Source of the DNA: Nemertoderma westbladi
Lineage: Eukaryota > Animalia > Xenacoelomorpha
Assembly (NCBI GenBank): GCA_032718475.1
Contig: JAUCBJ010006780.1
Span: 1 to 64,000, forward strand
DNA length: 64,000 nucleotides
Direction of reading: 5' to 3'
Position 1 is the stretch's first letter; each line of letters opens with the position of its first letter. Under the pieces are notes generated by a model, which did no database searches, was not told where the DNA came from, and saw nothing but the letters and a program-made list of their open reading frames with translations. Positions 1 to 12,600 of this stretch are shown in pieces. The translations under genes and the position numbers were made by a program.

Positions 1-1433
1 GACACTAAGGCGAACCATTCTGCACAATATGGCCAATACCCCAATCTTGGTAGCCAATGCGGACGCGCGGTGGTGGTGTAAGATTGGAGGGACCATGCTT
101 TCTTCTGCTAGCAGTTTTGTGGTGTTTCTTTTTTTATAAATATAGATGTCTATAATTGCTCATTTTCGTGATTTAATAAATTTACCGGTAAGATTATTTA
201 ATAATAACAAATTAGGTCAAAATGTCTAAATGCTAATGCTGTCAAAATATAAGAAAATCATTCCAAAAAGTTTTGTTATGGGGGTTATCCTGGTTGCTGA
301 TTTCATTTCCCTCGTCAGATTTAAATTTTAACAAAACCTACTATGTCTGCGTATGTCTGTCTGTCGGTTTTTCTGTCTGTCCAGCTATCTGTCTGTCAAA
401 GTAATAGGAAATCATACCAACTGGCTAACTTATGGTTGGTGATTTCATTTCCGATGTCAGTTTTCATGTATGACGTCATCCACATTGTCTGTCTGTCTGT
501 TCAGCTGTTGGTCATATTTTGACGGACAGACCGACAGCAATTCAGACAGACATGGCGCTGTCAAATGAAAAATCTGACTTCAGAAATGAAATCACCGCCC
601 CGTAAAACCCTTACAACAAAATTTTCAGCTAGGTTGTGTGAATTTTAACATTTAAATTTAATTAAATGCATTTTCTGGCGAATGCTATTTATAAATTCAA
701 ATTGCAAAGGCTTTTTACAGAATCAATATAAATCGCTGATTTTTCGTATAAAAAATTGGTGTTTTGAAACTATTGTATAGAAATATTTTTGAAATTTAGA
801 GTTTATCCATAATTTTAACTAAATATTTGTTCATTTTTCATGATTTTTTGGCATGTTTCCTTTTTTTTGTTGTAATTTTTGTAAATTAGCTGTAAAATGA
901 AAACGGTATATAATATCAACATTCTGTCTGTAGGATTTATTGTATTCCGGATATGTGCATACAATTTCATTAAAATTCATTGAAAATTGTTGGAGTATTT
1001 GCGATTTTTTGAATAATTTCATAAATTATGTTAAAAGGGTAAAATAAAAAATTAAAAAACATCAATTCAAACAACAAGTGTGCAAAACATCAATTAATTT
1101 GGATAAAATGCAGTGCAGTATCCTAAATAAGGGGTTGAAAATTTCTAGTCAATTAGGGACCCCCCCCCCCCCCCCCTTAATATTACAAAATGGATAAAGA
1201 AGAAGAAAATTATAGTGCTATTGCGTCCAGTTACCCCCCTATCCGATTATATGACAAGAAGTTACCTGCTTATAAAGATATTGGATTGAAGGAGAAGGTA
1301 TGGGAGACTATAGCAAAACACCTGGCGACAGATAATGAGTATAATTAAATCATGATAATTATTGTTATAATGTTAACAATAATTTTAGTTTCGAAATTAA
1401 TATTTAAAAATCCAGCTCCCCCTCTTATTGCCT

Positions 1434-1693
1434 TTGACGCGTCCGCCTGAAGCGTCCGCTTGACGCGCCCGCTTGACGCGCCCGCTTGACGCGCCCGCTT
1501 GATGCGCCCGCTTGACGCGCCCGCTTGACGCGCCCGCTTGACGCGCCCGCTTGACGCGCCCGCTTGACGCGCCCGCTTGACGCGCCCGCTTGACGCGCCC
1601 GCTTGACGCGCCCGCTTGACGCGCCCACTTAACGCGTCCGCTTGACGCGCCCGCTTGACGCGCCCGCTTGACGCGCCCACTTGACGCGTCCGC
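1434..1693. repeat. 13-bp GC-rich minisatellite (TTGACGCGCCCGC)n, ~20 copies
   Basis: The unit is directly visible. It explains the repetitive GASSGRVKRARQA ORFs (3 units = 39 nt = 13 aa). Confidence 0.95.
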
Positions 1694-1907
1694 GTTGGTT
1701 GGGGCTCCACCTCCAACCCTTCACAATCTAAAGTCCCCCAACCACTTTCATCGCTCAACTTTATATTTCCTAACCTCACTACTGATTGAATCCCGTGGGC
1801 CAATTTTCGTGGTGCCAAAAAGAGAAAATAACCAGCAAAAACTAGACATACGTTAACTAACACCAACAATATTACAGGATTTTATTTCTGAGATCCTTTC
1901 CGTTGAA

Positions 1908-1943
1908 CCATGACCTAGTAAAGATATCTTTAGTAGGTCATGG
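1908..1943. repeat. 36-bp near-perfect palindrome (tiny MITE or transposon remnant)
   Basis: CCATGACCTAGTAAAGAT|ATCTTTAGTAGGTCATGG, one mismatch. Confidence 0.7.
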
Positions 1944-2943
1944 TGGAACTTAATGTTGCATGAAATTCCGTATTCCTGGAGCCGTATTTACTAAGATCGT
2001 CCCGAGCCAGAGCCGAGCTAAAGCTTGTGAGCTTGGTCGCTTCACAACTGCCACTGAAAAGAAAAGGGAAACTCTTGGCACGAAAAAGAAACCAAATTAT
2101 CCTTGCCGTGCCTTTTTTCTGTCGTGGGTTTTTCTGTCAAGGGAGCGACAAAAAGCAACCTCCTTTACAATAATACTGTTTTTAATCTAATAACAATCTT
2201 AAATCTTCTACATAGCTTTAACAACCATAATCTTTAATACAACAATAAAATATTTCTAGCTAACAAAAAATATATTATCTATACTTAAATAAATCGCAAC
2301 ATAATTTACATCAATATATGTATTTTAATCTTCGACTGGTTTTTTATTTCAGTACCAATAACATTGCCACGTTCACAAAACATTAAAGACAAAAGTTATG
2401 ATCAAAAATGTGTTTTAATTAATAATTGTGTCACGACTTCCGACTCTCTAAATGTGAACGAGGCCTTAGGGAGGGGAGGAGGGGAGGGGGGGGGGGGGGG
2501 GGGGGGGGGGTAGACCGCACTTATAGACCGCATATAGACGTAAAATACAAATTCATCCCTCTCCAGGGAGCAATCGACGCAATTAACGCAGTTGATTACT
2601 TCCAAAATTAAAACTGAAACCTGTTCTATTGAATTTCGTTTATTGTTTTGGTTAGAATAACATACCACTGCAACAATTTAACATTGAGACGATATATTAA
2701 TTCTTTTTCACCCCCCCCAGCCCCGCCCCCCCCCCACAAAAAGTGCAAGAAATAATGTATAATTACTTCAATGACCCTAATGAAATAAATAAATAAATAT
2801 GCACATAATATATTAATTAATTACAGTACAATAATATTGCGTTGATAACAGCTATTAACATTAGAACACTAATCACTAAATGAGTTGCACCAATCAACGT
2901 TAAACTGCTATAATAAACACTAATAAACTACAACTGATAATGT

Positions 2944-5900
2944 TGGATTGGAATTAGGGTTTGGGTGTAAGTAAACCTTGTTGTAGCAAGTATTACATCA
3001 GTAATGGATTGGAATTAGGGTTTGGGTGTAAGTAAACCTTGTTGTAGCAAGTATTACATCAGTAATGGATTGGAATTAGGGTTTGGGTGTAAGTAAACCT
3101 TGTTGTAGCAAGTATTACATCAGTAATGGATTGGAATTAGGGTTTGGGTGTAAGTAAACCTTGTAGCAAGTATTACATCAGTAATGGATTGGAATTAGGG
3201 TTTGGGTGTAAGTAAACCTTGTTGTAGCAAGTATTACATCAGTAATGGATTGGAATTAGGGTTTGGGTGTAAGTAAACCTTGTTGTAGCAAGTATTACAT
3301 CAGTAATGGATTGGAATTAGGGTTTGGGTGTAAGTAAACCTTGTTGTAGCAAGTATTACATCAGTAATGGACTTCGCGAATTACGGGTTTGGCAGTAGCC
3401 TTAGCGAATTGACACTGTTAGGGGGTAGGTCAATTTATGCATAGTAACGTTGGCCCTCTAGCGGTATGACTGGAGTAACTGCAGATGGATTAGCCTCCTT
3501 GGTGAAAGTCACAGCTTGGTCTAAGTACATATCTGACAAGTTTCAGCTTAATCGGATTGCGAATTAGGGTTTGGGCTGTAAGTAAACCTTGGCCCTCTAG
3601 CAAGTATTACCATCAGTAATGGATCTGGAATTAGGGTTTGGGTGTAAGTAAACCCTTGTTGCTCAAGTATTACATCAGAATGGATTGGAACTTAGGCGCT
3701 TTGAAGTCCGTAGCAAAGTTATTAGCATGTCAAAATCGTAACGACGACGACGACGACGACAACGACGACGACAACTATTTGCATAAATTGACCCACCCCC
3801 TAACAGTGTCAATTCGCTAAGGCTCCGCCAACTTCGTGGCTCGCCCCACATCAGTAATGGATTGGAATTAGGGTTTGGGTGTAAGTAAACCTTGTAGCAA
3901 GTATTACATCAGTAATGGATTGGAATTAGGGTTTGGGTGTAAGTAAACCTTGTTGTAGCAAGTATTACATCAGTAATGGATTGGAATTAGGGTTTGGGTG
4001 TAAGTAAACCTAGTAGCAAGTATTACATCAGTAATGGATTGGAATTAGGGTTTGGGTGTAAGTAAACCTTGTTGTAGCAAGTATTACATCAGTAATGGAT
4101 TGGAATTAGGGTTTGGGTGTAAGTAAACCTTGTTGTAGCAAGTATTACATCAGTAATGGATTGGAATTAGGGTTTGGGTGTAAGTAAACCTTGTTGTAGC
4201 AAGTATTACATCAGTAATGGATTGGAATTAGGGTTTGGGTGTAAGTAAACCTTGTTGTAGCAAGTATTACATCAGTAATGGATTGGAATTAGGGTTTGGG
4301 TGTAAGTAAACCTTGTTGTAGCAAGTATTACATCAGTAATGGATTGGAATTAGGGTTTGGGTGTAAGTAAACCTTGTTGTAGCAAGTATTACATCAGTAA
4401 TGGATTGGAATTAGGGTTTGGGTGTAAGTAAACCTTGTTGTAGCAAGTATTACATCAGTAATGGATTGGAATTAGGGTTTGGGTGTAAGTAAACCTTGTT
4501 GTAGCAAGTATTACATCAGTAATGGATTGGAATTAGGGTTTGGGTGTAAGTAAACCTTGTAGCAAGTATTACATCAGTAATGGATTGGAATTAGGGTTTG
4601 GGTGTAAGTAAACCTTGTAGCAAGTATTACATCAGTAATGGATTGGAATTAGGGTTTGGGTGTAAGTAAACCTTGTTGTAGCAAGTATTACATCAGTAAT
4701 GGATTGGAATTAGGGTTTGGGTGTAAGTAAACCTTGTAGCAAGTATTACATCAGTAATGGATTGGAATTAGGGTTTGGGTGTAAGTAAACCTTGTTGTAG
4801 CAAGTATTACATCAGTAATGGATTGGAATTAGGGTTTGGGTGTAAGTAAACCTTGTAGCAAGTATTACATCAGTAATGGATTGGAATTAGGGTTTGGGTG
4901 TAAGTAAACCTTGTAGCAAGTATTACATCAGTAATGGATTGGAATTAGGGTTTGGGTGTAAGTAAACCTTGTTGTAGCAAGTATTACATCAGTAATGGAT
5001 TGGAATTAGGGTTTGGGTGTAAGTAAACCTTGTAGCAAGTATTACATCAGTAATGGATTGGAATTAGGGTTTGGGTGTAAGTAAACCTTGTAGCAAGTAT
5101 TACATCAGTAATGGATTGGAATTAGGGTTTGGGTGTAAGTAAACCTTGTTGTAGCAAGTATTACATCAGTAATGGATTGGAATTAGGGTTTGGGTGTAAG
5201 TAAACCTTGTAGCAAGTATTACATCAGTAATGGATTGGAATTAGGGTTTGGGTGTAAGTAAACCTTGTAGCAAGTATTACATCAGTAATGGATTGGAATT
5301 AGGGTTTGGGTGTAAGTAAACCTTGTTGTAGCAAGTATTACATCAGTAATGGATTGGAATTAGGGTTTGGGTGTAAGTAAACCTTGTAGCAAGTATTACA
5401 TCAGTAATGGATTGGAATTAGGGTTTGGGTGTAAGTAAACCTTGTAGCAAGTATTACATCAGTAATGGATTGGAATTAGGGTTTGGGTGTAAGTAAACCT
5501 TGTTGTAGCAAGTATTACATCAGTAATGGATTGGAATTAGGGTTTGGGTGTAAGTAAACCTTGTTGTAGCAAGTATTACATCAGTAATGGATTGGAATTA
5601 GGGTTTGGGTGTAAGTAAACCTTGTAGCAAGTATTACATCAGTAATGGATTGGAATTAGGGTTTGGGTGTAAGTAAACCTTGTAGCAAGTATTACATCAG
5701 TAATGGATTGGAATTAGGGTTTGGGTGTAAGTAAACCTTGTTGTAGCAAGTATTACATCAGTAATGGATTGGAATTAGGGTTTGGGTGTAAGTAAACCTT
5801 GTTGTAGCAAGTATTACATCAGTAATGGATTGGAATTAGGGTTTGGGTGTAAGTAAACCTTGTAGCAAGTATTACATCAGTAATGGATTGGAATTAGGGT

Positions 5901-8900
5901 TTGGGTGTAAGTAAACCTTGTTGTAGCAAGTATTACATCAGTAATGGATTGGAATTAGGGTTTGGGTGTAAGTAAACCTTGTTGTAGCAAGTATTACATC
6001 AGTAATGGATTGGAATTAGGGTTTGGGTGTAAGTAAACCTTGTAGCAAGTATTACATCAGTAATGGATTGGAATTAGGGTTTGGGTGTAAGTAAACCTTG
6101 TTGTAGCAAGTATTACATCAGTAATGGATTGGAATTAGGGTTTGGGTGTAAGTAAACCTTGTTGTAGCAAGTATTACATCAGTAATGGATTGGAATTAGG
6201 GTTTGGGTGTAAGTAAACCTTGTAGCAAGTATTACATCAGTAATGGATTGGAATTAGGGTTTGGGTGTAAGTAAACCTTGTAGCAAGTATTACATCAGTA
6301 ATGGATTGGAATTAGGGTTTGGGTGTAAGTAAACCTTGTTGTAGCAAGTATTACATCAGTAATGGATTGGAATTAGGGTTTGGGTGTAAGTAAACCTTGT
6401 AGCAAGTATTACATCAGTAATGGATTGGAATTAGGGTTTGGGTGTAAGTAAACCTTGTAGCAAGTATTACATCAGTAATGGATTGGAATTAGGGTTTGGG
6501 TGTAAGTAAACCTTGTTGTAGCAAGTATTACATCAGTAATGGATTGGAATTAGGGTTTGGGTGTAAGTAAACCTTGTAGCAAGTATTACATCAGTAATGG
6601 ATTGGAATTAGGGTTTGGGTGTAAGTAAACCTTGTAGCAAGTATTACATCAGTAATGGATTGGAATTAGGGTTTGGGTGTAAGTAAACCTTGTAGCAAGT
6701 ATTACATCAGTAATGGATTGGAATTAGGGTTTGGGTGTAAGTAAACCTTGTAGCAAGTATTACATCAGTAATGGATTGGAATTAGGGTTTGGGTGTAAGT
6801 AAACCTTGTTGTAGCAAGTATTACATCAGTAATGGATTGGAATTAGGGTTTGGGTGTAAGTAAACCTTGTAGCAAGTATTACATCAGTAATGGATTGGAA
6901 TTAGGGTTTGGGTGTAAGTAAACCTTGTTGTAGCAAGTATTACATCAGTAATGGATTGGAATTAGGGTTTGGGTGTAAGTAAACCTTGTTGTAGCAAGTA
7001 TTACATCAGTAATGGATTGGAATTAGGGTTTGGGTGTAAGTAAACCTTGTAGCAAGTATTACATCAGTAATGGATTGGAATTAGGGTTTGGGTGTAAGTA
7101 AACCTTGTAGCAAGTATTACATCAGTAATGGATTGGAATTAGGGTTTGGGTGTAAGTAAACCTTGTTGTAGCAAGTATTACATCAGTAATGGATTGGAAT
7201 TAGGGTTTGGGTGTAAGTAAACCTTGTTGTAGCAAGTATTACATCAGTAATGGATTGGAATTAGGGTTTGGGTGTAAGTAAACCTTGTAGCAAGTATTAC
7301 ATCAGTAATGGATTGGAATTAGGGTTTGGGTGTAAGTAAACCTTGTTGTAGCAAGTATTACATCAGTAATGGATTGGAATTAGGGTTTGGGTGTAAGTAA
7401 ACCTTGTAGCAAGTATTACATCAGTAATGGATTGGAATTAGGGTTTGGGTGTAAGTAAACCTTGTTGTAGCAAGTATTACATCAGTAATGGATTGGAATT
7501 AGGGTTTGGGTGTAAGTAAACCTTGTAGCAAGTATTACATCAGTAATGGATTGGAATTAGGGTTTGGGTGTAAGTAAACCTTGTAGCAAGTATTACATCA
7601 GTAATGGATTGGAATTAGGGTTTGGGTGTAAGTAAACCTTGTTGTAGCAAGTATTACATCAGTAATGGATTGGAATTAGGGTTTGGGTGTAAGTAAACCT
7701 TGTTGTAGCAAGTATTACATCAGTAATGGATTGGAATTAGGGTTTGGGTGTAAGTAAACCTTGTAGCAAGTATTACATCAGTAATGGATTGGAATTAGGG
7801 TTTGGGTGTAAGTAAACCTTGTAGCAAGTATTACATCAGTAATGGATTGGAATTAGGGTTTGGGTGTAAGTAAACCTTGTTGTAGCAAGTATTACATCAG
7901 TAATGGATTGGAATTAGGGTTTGGGTGTAAGTAAACCTTGTAGCAAGTATTACATCAGTAATGGATTGGAATTAGGGTTTGGGTGTAAGTAAACCTTGTT
8001 GTAGCAAGTATTACATCAGTAATGGATTGGAATTAGGGTTTGGGTGTAAGTAAACCTTGTTGTAGCAAGTATTACATCAGTAATGGATTGGAATTAGGGT
8101 TTGGGTGTAAGTAAACCTTGTAGCAAGTATTACATCAGTAATGGATTGGAATTAGGGTTTGGGTGTAAGTAAACCTTGTAGCAAGTATTACATCAGTAAT
8201 GGATTGGAATTAGGGTTTGGGTGTAAGTAAACCTTGTTGTAGCAAGTATTACATCAGTAATGGATTGGAATTAGGGTTTGGGTGTAAGTAAACCTTGTTG
8301 TAGCAAGTATTACATCAGTAATGGATTGGAATTAGGGTTTGGGTGTAAGTAAACCTTGTAGCAAGTATTACATCAGAAATGGATTGGAATTAGGGTTTGG
8401 GTGTAAGTAAACCTTGTTGTAGCAAGTATTACATCAGTAATGGATTGGAATTAGGGTTTGGGTGTAAGTAAACCTTGTAGCAAGTATTACATCAGTAATG
8501 GATTGGAATTAGGGTTTGGGTGTAAGTAAACCTTGTAGCAAGTATTACATCAGTAATGGATTGGAATTAGGGTTTGGGTGTAAGTAAACCTTGTTGTAGC
8601 AAGTATTACATCAGTAATGGATTGGAATTAGGGTTTGGGTGTAAGTAAACCTTGTAGCAAGTATTACATCAGTAATGGATTGGAATTAGGGTTTGGGTGT
8701 AAGTAAACCTTGTAGCAAGTATTACATCAGTAATGGATTGGAATTAGGGTTTGGGTGTAAGTAAACCTTGTTGTAGCAAGTATTACATCAGTAATGGATT
8801 GGAATTAGGGTTTGGGTGTAAGTAAACCTTGTAGCAAGTATTACATCAGTAATGGATTGGAATTAGGGTTTGGGTGTAAGTAAACCTTGTAGCAAGTATT

Positions 8901-9215
8901 ACATCAGTAATGGATTGGAATTAGGGTTTGGGTGTAAGTAAACCTTGTAGCAAGTATTACATCAGTAATGGATTGGAATTAGGGTTTGGGTGTAAGTAAA
9001 CCTTGTTGTAGCAAGTATTACATCAGTAATGGATTGGAATTAGGGTTTGGGTGTAAGTAAACCTTGTAGCAAGTATTACATCAGTAATGGATTGGAATTA
9101 GGGTTTGGGTGTAAGTAAACCTTGTTGTAGCAAGTATTACATCAGTAATGGATTGGAATTAGGGTTTGGGTGTAAGTAAACCTTGAAGCAAGTATTATAT
9201 CAGTAATGGATTGGA
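2944..9215. repeat. Satellite array of 61-bp and 58-bp variants (roughly 95-100 copies by length)
   Basis: Unit GGATTGGAATTAGGGTTTGGGTGTAAGTAAACCTT(GTT)GTAGCAAGTATTACATCAGTAAT. The period is 61 at 3001/3062, and a 3-bp deletion variant is interspersed. Copies are near-identical. Confidence 0.98.
3371..3848. mobile_element. Helentron/DINE-1-like (HINE) non-autonomous element inside the satellite, partly blended with satellite sequence
   Basis: ~50-bp subterminal inverted repeats (3398-3445 vs 3773-3823), a (GAC)n microsatellite at 3741-3772, a terminal GC-rich stem-loop-like end, and an internal unit homologous (reverse strand) to the Helitron 146-bp repeat. Confidence 0.55.
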
Positions 9216-9605
9216 TCAGCATTTATAGTATTCAATTTTATTTACCTTGAATTTAAAAAAATTATAATTTATTATTTAAATTTATTAATTTTTCACAAAG
9301 TTTTCTTAAAATGTTTTATTTCAGTTTTACTGTTCGGCACTACTTTTAAGGGCCTTTGATCTATAATTAACCTCGATGGCTGACGTCAGCGGGATATAAA
9401 GTACTATATGTCTCCCAAGTAAAAAATAGTTATTATTTTATTATAAATTTCAAAATTCTGTTTATTTTTCCCATAAATTAGACTGGAAAAGTTGGGCGAG
9501 GGAATGGAATAGTTGGCTATTAAAAATAAATAAATAAATAACTGCAGCAGGTAAATAACCAACACTAATAAACTGCACCAATAATAATTGTATAACATCT
9601 GTGGG

Positions 9606-12600
9606 TCATTCCTGATTGGTGTAACAAATAGACGGGAGACGCCACTTAGAGACGGACCCGCTGTGTAGTCGGAGATTCAACCAATCAGAGAGCCGTATAT
9701 CCAGCGAGGGAGTCACGCCCCCTGTCGGGTCTCGGTATATCTGAGGAATATCGATGTCCCTTCGGTTCAGCATCGCGGGTTGTCTAGCGACCGAATCCCG
9801 TGAGGTCACCCCGCTGGGCTGTTCCAACAACACGTTCATCACACCCTGCAACTGTTCGAACATATCGAGAGACAACAGACCCCTGATCGCCTCCCTGGTA
9901 ACCCCGCATCCCTCGCTTAGCAACCAATTCTTGACCTCGTTGAAGTCCAACTGCAACTGGAGGGCCCCGTATAAACTAAACTTCACCTTCTCTTTCAGTA
10001 TGTGATCCAACCAGGTTTGGTAAACCGCTATTAAAGTCATCGATAACAGATGTATCTGTCCCACTGTAGGGATTACTGATAATCCCTCACCCAGCGGTTC
10101 CAACAGGGATTCAATTATCACATTCACATACTCGTTAGGTCCTGTAGGTGGCGTTGTTTTACGCTTCCAGTCCTTCCCCGGCGGGAAGCACTCCCTCCAG
10201 AGGTTGGCGCACATAGTAGTCGCCTGTTCCGTGTAGAGCCGCGCCGCGGAGCTATTCAATTGGCTCAACATCTCGGTCTCACCCAGCACCAACTGCCAAT
10301 AGGCGTTGAGGGATTGGAAGACGGGCGAGTGATCTTGTATGAGGGATCGAATGTGATTGGATGTGGTGTTGGCGAGAGCGGCGACGAGTCGCAGATCCGA
10401 GTATGTTAGCAGAATGTAGGCGGGCGTGTTCCAGACCTGGAGGTATCTGTCGATACGGATGTGGTACCAATGTCGGTAGGTGTCTAGGGATACTAGTATA
10501 GCGGCGTAGACCCGGGGCATCGATTCACTAACACACCGCTGGTTGAATCTAAGGAGTAAAAGCGGAGAAAGCTCAATAACAAAGCAGTAAAAAGTCGTCG
10601 GTTGAAATACAGTAAAAAGTAAAGTTTACTCGAATGTTACACCCGGGATCTCAATGCTCCCCAGAGGAATCTGAGTGACCATGTAACATGTAAGGATGCA
10701 AGGTAGAGAGAGATATGTCCCTGGCTAGTCCCTTTGAGTCATTTGTAGGGATCGAACCCTCGACCTCCGGAGTTATGTGAATTCAAGGTACCTGATTAAA
10801 CCACTAACCCAAGAAAGGACCTTCGGTTTAATACCTTTACAAATACAACCTCCATGGTAGTCCAGCTCCATCAGCTTCCACTTACCTTTGTATTCCAGTG
10901 TGGGGGAATGTCGAGGTAGGAAGTTGGTGGTCCATCGCCCTGAGAGTGACGAGGAGAGGTGTTACTGAACGGGACACCCACATGGCGAAACGGGACACAT
11001 GGGACGCAGTGACACCCTGTAGAGACTTAGCAGACTGGAGTTTGGGGCTGAGAGAGGCGGCGATAGACTGGGAGTACAGGGAGTCCCATTGGGATAAACC
11101 AATAGAGAGCAGGAGGTTGGTAACCACGCAACGCAGACCCGAGACCATGCTGGAGGGCAGGATGTCGTCTCTCGCGCTCAATGTAACTAGATGGATCATC
11201 CGACATAGCAGCAGTGCGGTGGATCGGTCTGCCAAGCCGACGTGACCCAGAGGTTGGTGGGTTGAGTTGGACCGCCAGGCCGGCTCCGACCACTGAAGGT
11301 ACATGTTTACGGCAAACCGTTGCCACAAACTATCCATATACCTAATCATTATTAAATATTAATAACTAAAAGTTTATTGTTCTCTATATTATTATTGTCT
11401 CTCCTTTATTGAAATATTAATAAGATAAATAATTAGTTAATAATTTATTTAACAAATTTACATTCCTTATTATTAAGATAGCCGTAATTGCTAATTAAAA
11501 GCCGATCAATTTATTGACTTAAAATATATATGAAAAATATATATGGGTTAATGCCAACCATATTGACCAAGTCACGTGTGACGGGACAAAAAATATACAA
11601 AAAATGGAAAATCATTCGAGAATGAATGGTCGGTTGGCTTTGATAATTTGATTGCCGAATACACAATAATCGGTCCCCTTCCTGCTGTAGTTTCGTAGTA
11701 AATTGGAGATATCAGAAAAACAAAAAAAAATTAACGTGGTCCGTTTTTTTGTCACATACGTGACACTCGGTAAATGATTAATTTAATAGCATATAAATTG
11801 TCAAATATGGTCTCATTAACCCGATGTGTTAACACTTCCACTCATATTCTTCCAGATATGTTTGAGTTAGATTGGCAATTTTTGGCGTTTTAGCAGTTCA
11901 TATAAATAAATTTCGTGAGCGTGTCCAAAATGGTCCAAAAAAGTGTCCCATACTTAACGGAGGTTTTCCATCTGTAAACGCGAACTCATCAAGATTTAGA
12001 TCACCACATCCATTTCTCTGATAGTTTTGCCATGTATGGGTTGTATCAGTGAGACTGCTATGTAAACACTTGTTTGGCCAGGTTGAAAAAACTGCCATGT
12101 CCCATAACGTGACAGGATGTCCCATACTTGACATTGTGTTGGGGGCAGAAGTTAATCATAGTCTAACTGACATTTAATTAATGGCTGGGGGCTTACCAGT
12201 CACAGATAAACTGTAATCTGCTCCTTCCCCTTAATTGACAACAGACCAAATTAACTTATTACCCAAATAACTATATATTTGTGGAAAGGGTTTTGAGATT
12301 GGGACAGTTTGGTTGAGAGTGGGATGGAAGTTGTGAATTGAACAGGAGTTGGCAGTGGGAAGGACGATGAACTGAATTTAAATTCTAGTACGGAGTCGAG
12401 TTGTTTGAATAATTTTATGATTTGTTTTTAATTGGAAAATAAATGTCAAAAATTACAATAATCGTTTCCATGTAAATTTCCTTTCTATACCATATCAATA
12501 TGTCCCATACATGACATCAAAAACTGTCTATTTACATTTTCAAATTAATTTTTTGATATAAAATATCGGTTTTCAGTTGACCATATGCAACAGTTTTGTG

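Noticed and set aside
200-1180. Probable DNA transposon remnant with (TGTC)n and internal inverted GATTTCATTTC motifs
   Set aside because: No termini or TSD could be defined within the window.
1345-1869. ORFs with GASSGRVKRARQA repeats
   Set aside because: They are translations of a stop-free 13-bp minisatellite.
2944-9215. CRISPR array or true telomere
   Set aside because: There are no unique spacers and no cas genes, and the context is eukaryotic. TTAGGG occurs once per 58/61-bp unit rather than as a pure tandem run.
10740-10775. tRNA gene (B-box GGTTCGATCCC on the minus strand; similar at ~15640)
   Set aside because: No cloverleaf can be formed. At most these are decayed tRNA-derived SINE heads.
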